The notes under the pieces are model-generated. The model was not told the origin of the DNA. It made no database searches and saw nothing but the letters and a program-made list of their open reading frames with translations. Below, in pieces: positions 10,121-20,872 of a stretch of 64,000 nt of DNA; the first letter of the stretch is position 1, and every line of letters starts with the position of its first letter. This stretch comes from an uncultured Verrucomicrobiae bacterium. Its GTDB lineage: Bacteria > Verrucomicrobiota > Verrucomicrobiia > Opitutales > JABDGR01. Where the stretch lies: assembly GCA_963765205.1 (NCBI GenBank), contig CAVXVB010000009.1, forward strand, positions 704,001 through 768,000, read 5' to 3'. The translations under genes were made by a program, and so were the position numbers.

Positions 10121-11740
10121 ATGCCCAAGAAGAAAATCCTCCTCGTCGCCAATGGCGACCAGCGCCAGTCCGCCAACGAAGTCTGCTGGCCCGCCCAGCA
10201 GGCGATGGAACAGGCCCTCACCACCGCTCTCGCCCGCCTCGGCTACGACCTCGTCCGCGCCCACCCCTTCGACCCCGCGCGCCAGCACGGCTTCATCCAA
10301 TCCCAAAAGGAGGGCATGACCGTCTTTGCCGGCCTCAACCCCCGCACGCCCCTCATCGTGGCCGAGGCCGTCTGGCAATACTCGCACCACATCCTCCCCG
10401 GCCTCATTTCCCACCGCGGGCCGATTCTCACCGTCGCCAACTGGAGCGGCACCTGGCCCGGCCTCGTCGGCATGTTGAACCTCAACGGCTCCCTCACCAA
10501 GGCCGGCGTCAAATACTCGACCCTCTGGAGCGAGGACTTCACCGACGCAAAATTCCTCGCCCACCTCGCCACCTGGCTCAAGACCGGCGTCGTCCGCCAT
10601 AAAACCACCCACGTCCATCCCATCGCGCGCTGCCGCGTCCCCGGCCGCGCCCGCGCCGTCGCCAAAATTCTCGCCGCCCGGCTCCGCCGCGAAAAAGCCA
10701 TCATGGGCGTCTTCGACGAGGGCTGCATGGGCATGTATAACGCCATCATCCCCGACGAGCTTCTTTTCCAAACCGGCGTATATAAGGAACGCCTCTCCCA
10801 ATCCGCCCTCTATTACGCCACCACCCAGGTGCCCGATGAGGAAGCCCGCGCCGTTTACAATTGGCTCCTCGGGGCCGGCATGAAGTTCCACCTCGGCCCC
10901 AACGAAGCCACCGACCTCACCGAAAACCAGGTCCTCGCCCAGTGCAAAATGTATGTCGCCGCCCTCCGCCTCGCCGATGAATTCGGCTGCGACCTTATCG
11001 GCATCCAATACCAGCAGGGGCTGAAGGACCTCCTCCCCGCGTCCGACCTCGTCGAAGGCCTCCTCAACAACCGCGACCGCCCGCCCGTCGCCAATGCCGC
11101 CGGCAAAATCATTCTCCCCCGCGAGCCCCTCATTCATTTCAACGAAGTGGACGAATGTGCCGGCCTCGACGCGCTCCTCACCAACCGCGTCCACTACGCC
11201 ACCGGCCACCCCCGCGAAACCACCCTCCACGACCTCCGCTGGGGCGATTGGGACCAAAGCGGCACCACTGGCGACTACGTCTGGGTCTTTCTCATCTCCG
11301 GCAGCGCCCCCCCCGCCCACCATGTCGGCGGCTACCGGGGGACGGACTCGATGCGCCAGCCCCCCATGTATTTCCGCCTCGGCGGCGGCACCGTCCGCGG
11401 CATCGCCCATCCCGGCGAAATCGTCTGGAGCCGCATCTTCATCGAACGCGGCAAACTCAAGATGGACCTCGGCCGCGCCAAAGTCATCGCCCTCCCGCCG
11501 GAGGAAACCGACCGCCGCTGGAAAGCGACCACGGTGCAATGGCCCATCATGCACGCCGTGACATACGGCGTCACCCGCGACCAAATGATGGCCCGCCACA
11601 AAGCCAACCACATCCAAGTCGCCTACGGCGGCTCCGCCATCGGCGCCGACTATGCCCTCATCGTCAAAGCCGCCCTCGCCGAGGAATTAGGGATGGAAGT
11701 TTGCATCTGCGGGACGAAGGCGGACGGGAAGCCGTTTTGA
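10121..11740 (+). CDS. L-fucose isomerase-like protein
   Basis: [55 protein letters not shown] 10121. Confidence 0.75.
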   Translation: MPKKKILLVANGDQRQSANEVCWPAQQAMEQALTTALARLGYDLVRAHPFDPARQHGFIQSQKEGMTVFAGLNPRTPLIVAEAVWQYSHHILPGLISHRGPILTVANWSGTWPGLVGMLNLNGSLTKAGVKYSTLWSEDFTDAKFLAHLATWLKTGVVRHKTTHVHPIARCRVPGRARAVAKILAARLRREKAIMGVFDEGCMGMYNAIIPDELLFQTGVYKERLSQSALYYATTQVPDEEARAVYNWLLGAGMKFHLGPNEATDLTENQVLAQCKMYVAALRLADEFGCDLIGIQYQQGLKDLLPASDLVEGLLNNRDRPPVANAAGKIILPREPLIHFNEVDECAGLDALLTNRVHYATGHPRETTLHDLRWGDWDQSGTTGDYVWVFLISGSAPPAHHVGGYRGTDSMRQPPMYFRLGGGTVRGIAHPGEIVWSRIFIERGKLKMDLGRAKVIALPPEETDRRWKATTVQWPIMHAVTYGVTRDQMMARHKANHIQVAYGGSAIGADYALIVKAALAEELGMEVCICGTKADGKPF

Positions 11741-11777
11741 GGGATGAGTGATTGGATGATTCGAGGAATTGCTTCTG

Positions 11778-11853
11778 TCGTAGCGCGGTGCTTCAGCCCG
11801 CGCTCTACGCCATATTATCGAAAAGAAGCGCGGGCTGAAGCACCGCGCTACGA
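11778..11853. repeat. GTAG-type REP doublet (REPIN-like)
   Basis: Perfect 27-nt inverted repeat tcgtagcgcggtgcttcagcccgcgct with a 22-nt spacer. Confidence 0.8.
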
Positions 11854-11871
11854 AATACCACCACCCAACAT

Positions 11872-12102
11872 TCACACCGCGTGCAATTCCCGCACATGCG
11901 CAATATCCCGCTTCGTAATCGGGCGAATCTGCGCCGGCAACAACGTCGAAATCGACACCGTCTGTCCGGCCAGGGTCATAAACTCCACCGTGTAACCCGC
12001 CCCGCCCTGATGCACATGCACGACCGTCCCGATGTCGCCGGCTTGCAAACCTTCGCTCGGCAACTCCTGCATCAACACCACGCAATCATGCTCTTTGATC
12101 AT
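11872..12102 (-). CDS. DUF4926 protein
   Basis: IKEHDCVVL, GLQAGDIGTVVHV, YTVEF. Confidence 0.85.
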   Translation of the reverse strand: MIKEHDCVVLMQELPSEGLQAGDIGTVVHVHQGGAGYTVEFMTLAGQTVSISTLLPAQIRPITKRDIAHVRELHAV

Positions 12103-12443
12103 GTTATTTCCTCCACAGGATAGGCGGTAATCAGCCGCGGTGCAAGCTGTCCTTTGTCCACCTGCCAGACCGTCCGAATGTGCGGATTTCGTCCATCCGG
12201 CGTCGGGAGCTTGCCCTCGACCTCGTAACGCGGGCCAAATGGCGTTTCCGTCCGCACGGTGACTTCATACTGCTGTCCATGCTCTTGAAGCGCCCTCGCC
12301 AAAACCTCCCAAAACTCCAATTTGAAGCCGAATCCATGAAAAAATTGCGCCTTGCTGGCTCCATACTGATGCGCCATATCCAACAGGTAATCCACAATCT
12401 TTCCCTGTTCCACCACGGCAAGATGGGCATTCGGCAGCTTCAT
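12099..12443 (-). CDS. DUF6883 protein, putative toxin
   Basis: MKLPNA, KIVDYLL, SKAQFF, FGPRYEV, IRTVWQ, PRLITAYP; ATGA overlap with DUF4926. Confidence 0.8.
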   Translation of the reverse strand: MKLPNAHLAVVEQGKIVDYLLDMAHQYGASKAQFFHGFGFKLEFWEVLARALQEHGQQYEVTVRTETPFGPRYEVEGKLPTPDGRNPHIRTVWQVDKGQLAPRLITAYPVEEIT

Positions 12444-12665
12444 CACCCGGGTTATGCTAAAACCACCACCCGGCTCAACCCTGCAAATAAGGCTCACGCG
12501 CCACACCGACCCAACCAATCAGACAACCAAGGCAATCTTAACTTCGCCCATCGCTATGAATCAAAATTTCAGCCCTTCCTCCAAAAACTCAGGTAAAAAG
12601 GTGCAGCCTGACCCCTTGCCCCTCTCTCATGTCATCTTTCGGGCCCTCTAGCCCTTTCTCTGGAT

Positions 12666-13385
12666 CTAATCAAGCTGATGTTCGTGTAGGTTCGTTTTGA
12701 TAGTAAGTCGAGCATGGAAATCTTTTTCGAACTTTTCTTTCAAAACTTGAAATTTCGATTGGGTGCTTGGGCTTTCTGTTGTAATAATATAACAATAAAT
12801 ACGATTATTCGCCGCTGCGATTCTAAATTGAGGAATGGTGGACTCCAACTGCCTTAAAGCGTGAGTAACATCTTTGCCTTTTATCTCAACATAGTGTTCT
12901 ACATCGCGCCAATCGATAACCAGGTAGTCGCATAATTTGCATGAGCCATCCTGTAGGGTTTCACGCAACTTCTTGCAATTGTCAATTAGGTAGCGAATGA
13001 CTGTATGTCTCCCGGGATTGTGGAAAATAATCCTACGGCCGTTTTCCTCGCAAACAATTCTTAAACCATTTCTAATCGCTGGCGAAGAATAACCGCTTGA
13101 TGAAACGACTGCCCTATTTGAAAGGCTCGGCATGTCATTCATCTTTGCCCATAATTGCTCTACATGGGTTGAATCCAGCGGTCTTTTGTGCGCTTTGACT
13201 TCGATGCCGCTATACGCGCTAATCCTTTTGTCCTGCTCTCGCTTGGTAACCGTCACGTCAATATCTCGTTCTTCTTCGGCAGTGGAATCGTGAACCATTG
13301 AACCTAATTCCACCTCCACGTCATCCGGGCTGGAAGACACGGTCAAAAGTCCAACAAGGTAGTGGATGTCGGTTGGAGTTAGCAT
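12666..13385 (-). CDS. AT-rich protein with two PD-(D/E)XK nuclease-like domains
   Basis: Mrr-like RDIDV...IEVK...VEQL...SSSGY, then CDYL...VEIKG..V.HA..QL. Confidence 0.6.
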   Translation of the reverse strand: MLTPTDIHYLVGLLTVSSSPDDVEVELGSMVHDSTAEEERDIDVTVTKREQDKRISAYSGIEVKAHKRPLDSTHVEQLWAKMNDMPSLSNRAVVSSSGYSSPAIRNGLRIVCEENGRRIIFHNPGRHTVIRYLIDNCKKLRETLQDGSCKLCDYLVIDWRDVEHYVEIKGKDVTHALRQLESTIPQFRIAAANNRIYCYIITTESPSTQSKFQVLKEKFEKDFHARLTIKTNLHEHQLD

Positions 13386-13454
13386 TTGGAGGCCTCTGCT
13401 CTATGTATGATTTTATTTGCGCTTCCAGTCAAGCTGTGTAAGTTAACCCCATCA

Positions 13455-15718
<2,264 letters not shown>

Positions 15719-15981
15719 ACTTGCGCGAAATTCGATGCGTAGAGCATGTGGTCGAGAAATCTGATTATCTCTTGACGAAGTCTTGAACTAGGTTTACTAA
15801 GTTAGTTCATCTCTATAACCTCTAAAATGCCGCTAACACCCCTTAATTCAAAAAGTAGTGCAAATATGTAATTAGCTGCCCACACAACAGAATGCCCACA
15901 GAACGAATAACGGAGTTATCCCCTTCACAACCGTAAATTAAGGCTAGACTCTGCCTCAAAATCGGGGCAGGCTCAAGGTTT

Positions 15982-16413
15982 ATGGCACGCAAGTATCTTC
16001 ACGTCATTAAGGACGCCATCAATTTTTATCTTCGCTGTCTTAAATGGGCATCGAGCGGCGCATGGGGGGCCATTGGCGTGCTAACTACCCTATTCCCTAT
16101 CGGCTGTGCCGTGCTTGCGAGTATTGGTGCGCCATCAGAGACTGTAGATTGGTTGAATAAAATTGGCGGATGGGAGTTTCCCGCCATTGTTGGCGGCGTC
16201 TTTTTATTAATCCGATTCATATACGGGCCTTACAAGTTTTATGATGAAGAAACTCATAAAGTTGCCGAGCTTAAAGAATACATACGTCCAAAAGTTTTTC
16301 TTGAATGCCACAAACTTATTCCTGGCTGTGTTGTTGAAACGATGTTCGATAGGACTTCGGATGGTAAAAGATACCAATCCGGGTGCCAGCCTTTTTACTG
16401 GACGAGCTTTTAA
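15982..16413 (+). CDS. AT-rich hypothetical membrane protein
   Basis: ATG start, two TM-like segments, no motif recognised. Confidence 0.5.
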   Translation: MARKYLHVIKDAINFYLRCLKWASSGAWGAIGVLTTLFPIGCAVLASIGAPSETVDWLNKIGGWEFPAIVGGVFLLIRFIYGPYKFYDEETHKVAELKEYIRPKVFLECHKLIPGCVVETMFDRTSDGKRYQSGCQPFYWTSF

Positions 16414-16775
16414 AGGTTAGAAATGAGCTTGCAGCACTTACTAAAACGACAGGCGGGAACGAACAAGAGCGTGTTTTCAATTTGATGAACGGACGCATTG
16501 CTGCTCAATTGAATTTTTATGACTATCTAGCCAAAAAAGTCGGGCCTACTTTTCTTTTTTCACCACAATTTATTCCAGCTGGTCGATCATTTTACGCCCA
16601 ATTCGAAAAGGATGTGCTTTCGTTTTTTGAATCGGCTAGTATTGATCCGTTCTTCGCAAGATTCGGTAACGCTAATCGCGATCTTCGACTTATTCGAATT
16701 CCTATATCGGCACGAAACAAACAAAAGATTTTTAGGGAAAAAATAGAAAACACGGCTTTTCAAAACCAATTATAA
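16383..16775 (+). CDS. AT-rich hypothetical protein or gene fragment
   Basis: 130-codon open frame in AT-rich DNA overlapping the previous ORF. Confidence 0.35.
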   Translation: MPAFLLDELLKVRNELAALTKTTGGNEQERVFNLMNGRIAAQLNFYDYLAKKVGPTFLFSPQFIPAGRSFYAQFEKDVLSFFESASIDPFFARFGNANRDLRLIRIPISARNKQKIFREKIENTAFQNQL

Positions 16776-19024
16776 CTCCTTCAACTTCCGTTCCAAATCC
16801 GTCCGGCGGCGGGTGGCTTCGGCGCGGCGGACGGCGAGGGTGTAGGCTTCGGGGTCGCCGACGAGGAAGACTTTTTTCCGCCCGCGCGTAAGCGCTGTGT
16901 AGAGGAGATTCCGCTGGAGCATGATGTAATGCTGCTTCAACAGCGGGATGACGACGACGGGAAATTCGCTGCCTTGCGATTTGTGGATGCTGATGGCGTA
17001 GGCGGTTGCCAGGTCGCTGACGGCCGCGCGGTCGAAGTCCACCAGTTCGCCGTCGAAGCGCGCGGCGAGCGTGCCGGCGGCGGGGTTGACGGCCTCGACG
17101 CGCCCGAGGTCGCCGTTGAACAGGCCGAGGTCGTAATTGTTGCGCAACTGGATGACCTTGTCACCGACTTGAAAACGCGTGCCGCCCATTGGGACGCCGC
17201 GCGCGTCGGGGTTGAGCGCGGCTTGCAGCGCGTGGTTCAAATTGGAAATGCCGGCGACGCCCTTGTGCATCGGCGCGAGCACCTGCACGTCCATCACCGG
17301 GTCGAGGCGATACCACCGCGGCAAAAATTCGCGGCACAGGCGCGTAACCATTTCGAGGCACGTCTCCGGCTCGATGGCGCGCAAAAAATGCACGTCGCCG
17401 GTCGGGTCAATTTTCGCGGGGTCGGCGATGGGCGGCGGCGGCGTGGCCACGCCGTGCAGGATGCCGTGCGCGGTGGTGACGATGCCGCTGCGTTCGCCCT
17501 GGCGAAAAATTTTCTCGAGCCGCGTCACGGCGACTTCGCCGCTTGCGATCAAATCCTTCAGCACGTGGCCCGCGCCGACGGACGGCAACTGGTGCGCGTC
17601 GCCGACGAGCAGCACATGGGCCTTCGGCGGCACGGCGCGCAGCAACGCCGCCGCGAGCCGCGCGTCGAGCATCGAGGATTCGTCCACCACCAAAAAATCG
17701 CACTCGAGCGGGTTGCCCGCGTTGACCGTGAAACCGTTTTTCGCCGCGTCGAATTTCAGCAGGCGGTGAATCGTGCGCGCCTGCCCGCCAGCGGCCTCGC
17801 CGAGGCGCTGGGTGGCGCGGCCTGTTGGCGCGGCGAGCAGCAGGCGCGCTTTTTTCGCGCGCAGGATGTCGGCCAGCGCACGCAGGATGGTCGTCTTGCC
17901 GGTGCCGGGGCCGCCGGTGAGGACGGAAAATTTTTCCTTGAGCGCAGCGGCCAGGCCCGCGGCCTGCTCGGGCGCGAACGCGAAGCCCGCGCGGTCCTGC
18001 GCCCACGCGATGGCCTTGGTCTCGGCGATGGCCGGCAGCGCCGACGGCGCGTCGCACGCGCGGTGGACGCTTTCGGCGATGGCGCGCTCGGCCTTGTCGT
18101 AAACCGGCAGTTGCAACAGGCCGCCGGGCAGCGCGATAAGCGCGCCGTTGGCGGTCAGTTCCTTGACGCGCGCGGGGAGCAGCAGCGGCGCGACTTCGAG
18201 CATTTCCGCCGCGGTGGCGACGAGTTCCTCGACGGGCCAGCAGGTGTGGCCGTCGCCGGCCAGTTCTTCGAGCGCGTAGAGGAGACCGGCGTCGAGGCGC
18301 GCAGGGCTGTCGTTGCCGAGGCCGAGGTTGCGCGCGATTTTATCGGCTGTCAAAAAGCCGATGCCCGCCACTTCGCGCGCGACGCGGTAGGGGTCTTTTT
18401 CGAGCAGCGTGCGTGCGTTGGCGCCGTATTGCTTGACGAGTTTGACGGAGAGCGAAGTCGTCACGCCATAAGTTTGCAAAAACATCATCACGTCGCGCTC
18501 GCTCTGCTGGGCCTGCCAAGCCTCGCGGATGGATTTGATGCGCTTGGGGCCGATGTCCTCGACCTCGCGCAGGCGCGCCGAGTGCTCGGAAATGACCTTG
18601 AAGGTGTCCGCGCCGAATTTCTCGACGATGCGCTCGGCGATTTTTTTGCTCACGCCCGGCACCAGGCCGCTGCCGAGGTATTTGCGGATGCCGTAAACCG
18701 TCGAGGGCAGGGTGGAGTGGAAGGTGGTGATTTTGAATTGCGGCCCATATTCGGCGTGGCGCGTCCAGGAGCCGGTCAATTCCAGTGTCTCGCCGCACTG
18801 CACGCCCGGCAACTGCCCGGTGATGACGACCGGCGCGGCCCGCCCCGCCGGTTGCAATTCCGCGACGCAGTAGGAATTTTCCTCGTTGAGAAAGATGAAT
18901 TTCTCGACACCCCGGTAATTTTGGCCGGCACGCCCGGCGCATTCGCCGCCGGGCGAACGACGGCGGGCGAAGATGGGGGGGCGTTGCGGAATAACTCGGA
19001 CATTTCTGGGGAAAGCATCACCAT
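16770..19024 (-). CDS. recD2: ATP-dependent RecD-like DNA helicase; frameshift ~18910
   Basis: ITGV-EKFIFLNEENSYCVAEL across the shift; HhH GIGFLTAD; GGPGTGKT; VVDESSM; AYAISIHKSQGSEF; LLYTALTRG. Confidence 0.92.
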
Positions 19025-19057
19025 AATGCCTTCGCGCGGTCCTGACAGCGAAAAAAT

Positions 19058-19657
19058 CTATTCTTCGGCTGGGACCGCAATCTTTTCCTGTCCCTGCCGG
19101 TTAAAAATCAAACTCACCACAACTGCGGCCAGGGCCCCCGCCGCGTGGCTCAAGGGAATGGCCCGCACGGTCGAACCATCGAAACGGGCGAAGATGGTGT
19201 CTCCGGTATAAAACTCCCAAGCTACTTTCACGGCCACCAGCGCGAGAATGATCCACCAAACCGCCCGCTGGGCGTCCGCGCAGCGCAACTCGCCGAGGCA
19301 GGCGAAGACCACACAGGCCGTGGCCATCGCGGAAAGTCCGCCGTAGCGGGCGAGGGTCGGTTCGCCGAGCAACATCAGCAAACTGACGAGAGGCGGGGCG
19401 ATGACCCACAGCCAGCGGCCGCCGCGAAACCCGGCCCGTTCAATCCACGCGCCCGCCAGCGCCGTCGCGAGCAAATCCCAGAACAGATGGCTCACGGAAA
19501 AGTGGACGAGGTGGCCGCTCCATAAACGCCAGATTTCGCCGCGCAGGATGGCTGTGCGATCGTAGGCCAGCGCATCCGCACCGGCCGGCAGGCACCAGAT
19601 GAGCAACACCAGCGCCACCACCAGCGCGGTCGCCCACGGTATGCGGCGCGCATCCAT
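19058..19657 (-). CDS. rrtA: rhombosortase (GlyGly-CTERM rhomboid protease)
   Basis: AYDRTAILRGEIWRLWSGHLVH, HLFWD, YGGLS, SHAAG; adjacent to its target gene. Confidence 0.85.
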   Translation of the reverse strand: MDARRIPWATALVVALVLLIWCLPAGADALAYDRTAILRGEIWRLWSGHLVHFSVSHLFWDLLATALAGAWIERAGFRGGRWLWVIAPPLVSLLMLLGEPTLARYGGLSAMATACVVFACLGELRCADAQRAVWWIILALVAVKVAWEFYTGDTIFARFDGSTVRAIPLSHAAGALAAVVVSLIFNRQGQEKIAVPAEE

Positions 19658-19659
19658 GG

Positions 19660-20520
19660 TTATTTTCGGCGGCGCAGACGGGTCAACGCCAGCCCGGCGA
19701 TGGCCAGGGCGAAGCCGCCGTCCAAGGCGCTCGCGCCGGTGTAGCCGGGCTGGTGTACGATTTGAAAATCCTGCGGCGCGTCCTTCACGCGGGTTTTGAA
19801 ATTATCCAGTTCGGTCTTGAGGTTGGCGATCAAGTCGGTGGTGGCGTCGTTGAAGCCCTTGAGGCTGTCCACGCGCAATTGTTCGGAGAGATTGACCGGG
19901 GTGGAGTGGGCTTTGACCTCGCTGGTGCCCGGCGCGCGGAAGAGCAATTTGCGGCTGTGGATGTCATAGACCACGGCCTCCATGAGAGTGTCCGTGTCGT
20001 TTTTCTCGCCCTGCACGACGTAGGCACCGACAATCGTCCAATATGCAATCGACAGCACGCCTTCGTTGGTGAATTGGGTCTGGTCGTAGGCGACAAGCGC
20101 GATGACATCCACGCCAAACATATTCTTTATTTGGTCGAGATTGGCAAAGCTGCCATCGGGCCGCAGGTAAGTGGAAGGAATGATCTGGATGCTGCCGACA
20201 TAGGGGAGGGCCTTGAACTCGGCGGCGACGCGCTGGAGCAGGGCAGTCTTGGCGTTTTCGGAAAATGCGGCGGGCGAGTTGTTGTAACCGTTCGCGCGGG
20301 CCGGCGGCACAAAGGCGATGCCCACGCGCAGCGGCAGGCTTAGCACCGGCACGGCCGGGCTATCCACATGTTGCGCCTGGTTTGGATAAAGATACTGCAT
20401 CACGCTAGTAGCCTGGGTGCGGCTCTGATCGCCCCAGATGGCGCACGCGCCGAGCCATAAGGCCGAGCAGGCCAGGAGCAGATCTGAAATTTTCCGGAAC
20501 GGGAGAGCGGGTTTGGTCAT
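19660..20520 (-). CDS. rhlP: rhombotarget lipoprotein
   Basis: Lipobox LGAC; SVMQYLYP; LPLRVGIAFVP; YWTIVGAY; C-terminal Gly motif, TM helix, RRRK. Confidence 0.85.
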   Translation of the reverse strand: MTKPALPFRKISDLLLACSALWLGACAIWGDQSRTQATSVMQYLYPNQAQHVDSPAVPVLSLPLRVGIAFVPPARANGYNNSPAAFSENAKTALLQRVAAEFKALPYVGSIQIIPSTYLRPDGSFANLDQIKNMFGVDVIALVAYDQTQFTNEGVLSIAYWTIVGAYVVQGEKNDTDTLMEAVVYDIHSRKLLFRAPGTSEVKAHSTPVNLSEQLRVDSLKGFNDATTDLIANLKTELDNFKTRVKDAPQDFQIVHQPGYTGASALDGGFALAIAGLALTRLRRRK

Positions 20521-20717
20521 AGAATTTTTGGATTCGTCCTTCCCCTTATCATTCGTCGTGCCAGATAAACCAAGTTTACGCCAGGTGCTTATCCACAAAC
20601 GAGTTAAATAATTTGGAGCCGGGCGGACTCGAACGACCCCCGACAATAAATGCCTGGTGACCGACAGGAAATGGACGGGAATGGATTTTGGTTGGGACGA
20701 CACTCCGCACTGTTCTC

Positions 20718-20742
20718 GGACGCCTCGGAGAGGCGTCCCTAC
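20718..20742 (-). repeat. single GTAG-type REP
   Basis: GTAGGGACGCCTCTCCGAGGCGTCC hairpin. Confidence 0.6.
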
Positions 20743-20872
20743 CGCGTTGCAAAAATGCTCATGGGGTCACTGCCATGGCCCACGACCCGACAAAATGAAG
20801 GTTGCGGGAACCACTACTAGACAATTAAGAATCAGGCTCGGTCATTGCTTGGTTTTTGAAAGGTTTTACCCC

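Noticed and set aside
12454..12625. Possible RAYT/transposase remnant ending near aaggtgcagcctgacccctt
   Set aside because: Only a vague terminal-motif resemblance; no HUH or Tyr motif visible
15784..15910. Short inverted (tgaacta..tagttca) and direct (tgcccaca) repeats
   Set aside because: Too short to distinguish from chance in AT-rich DNA
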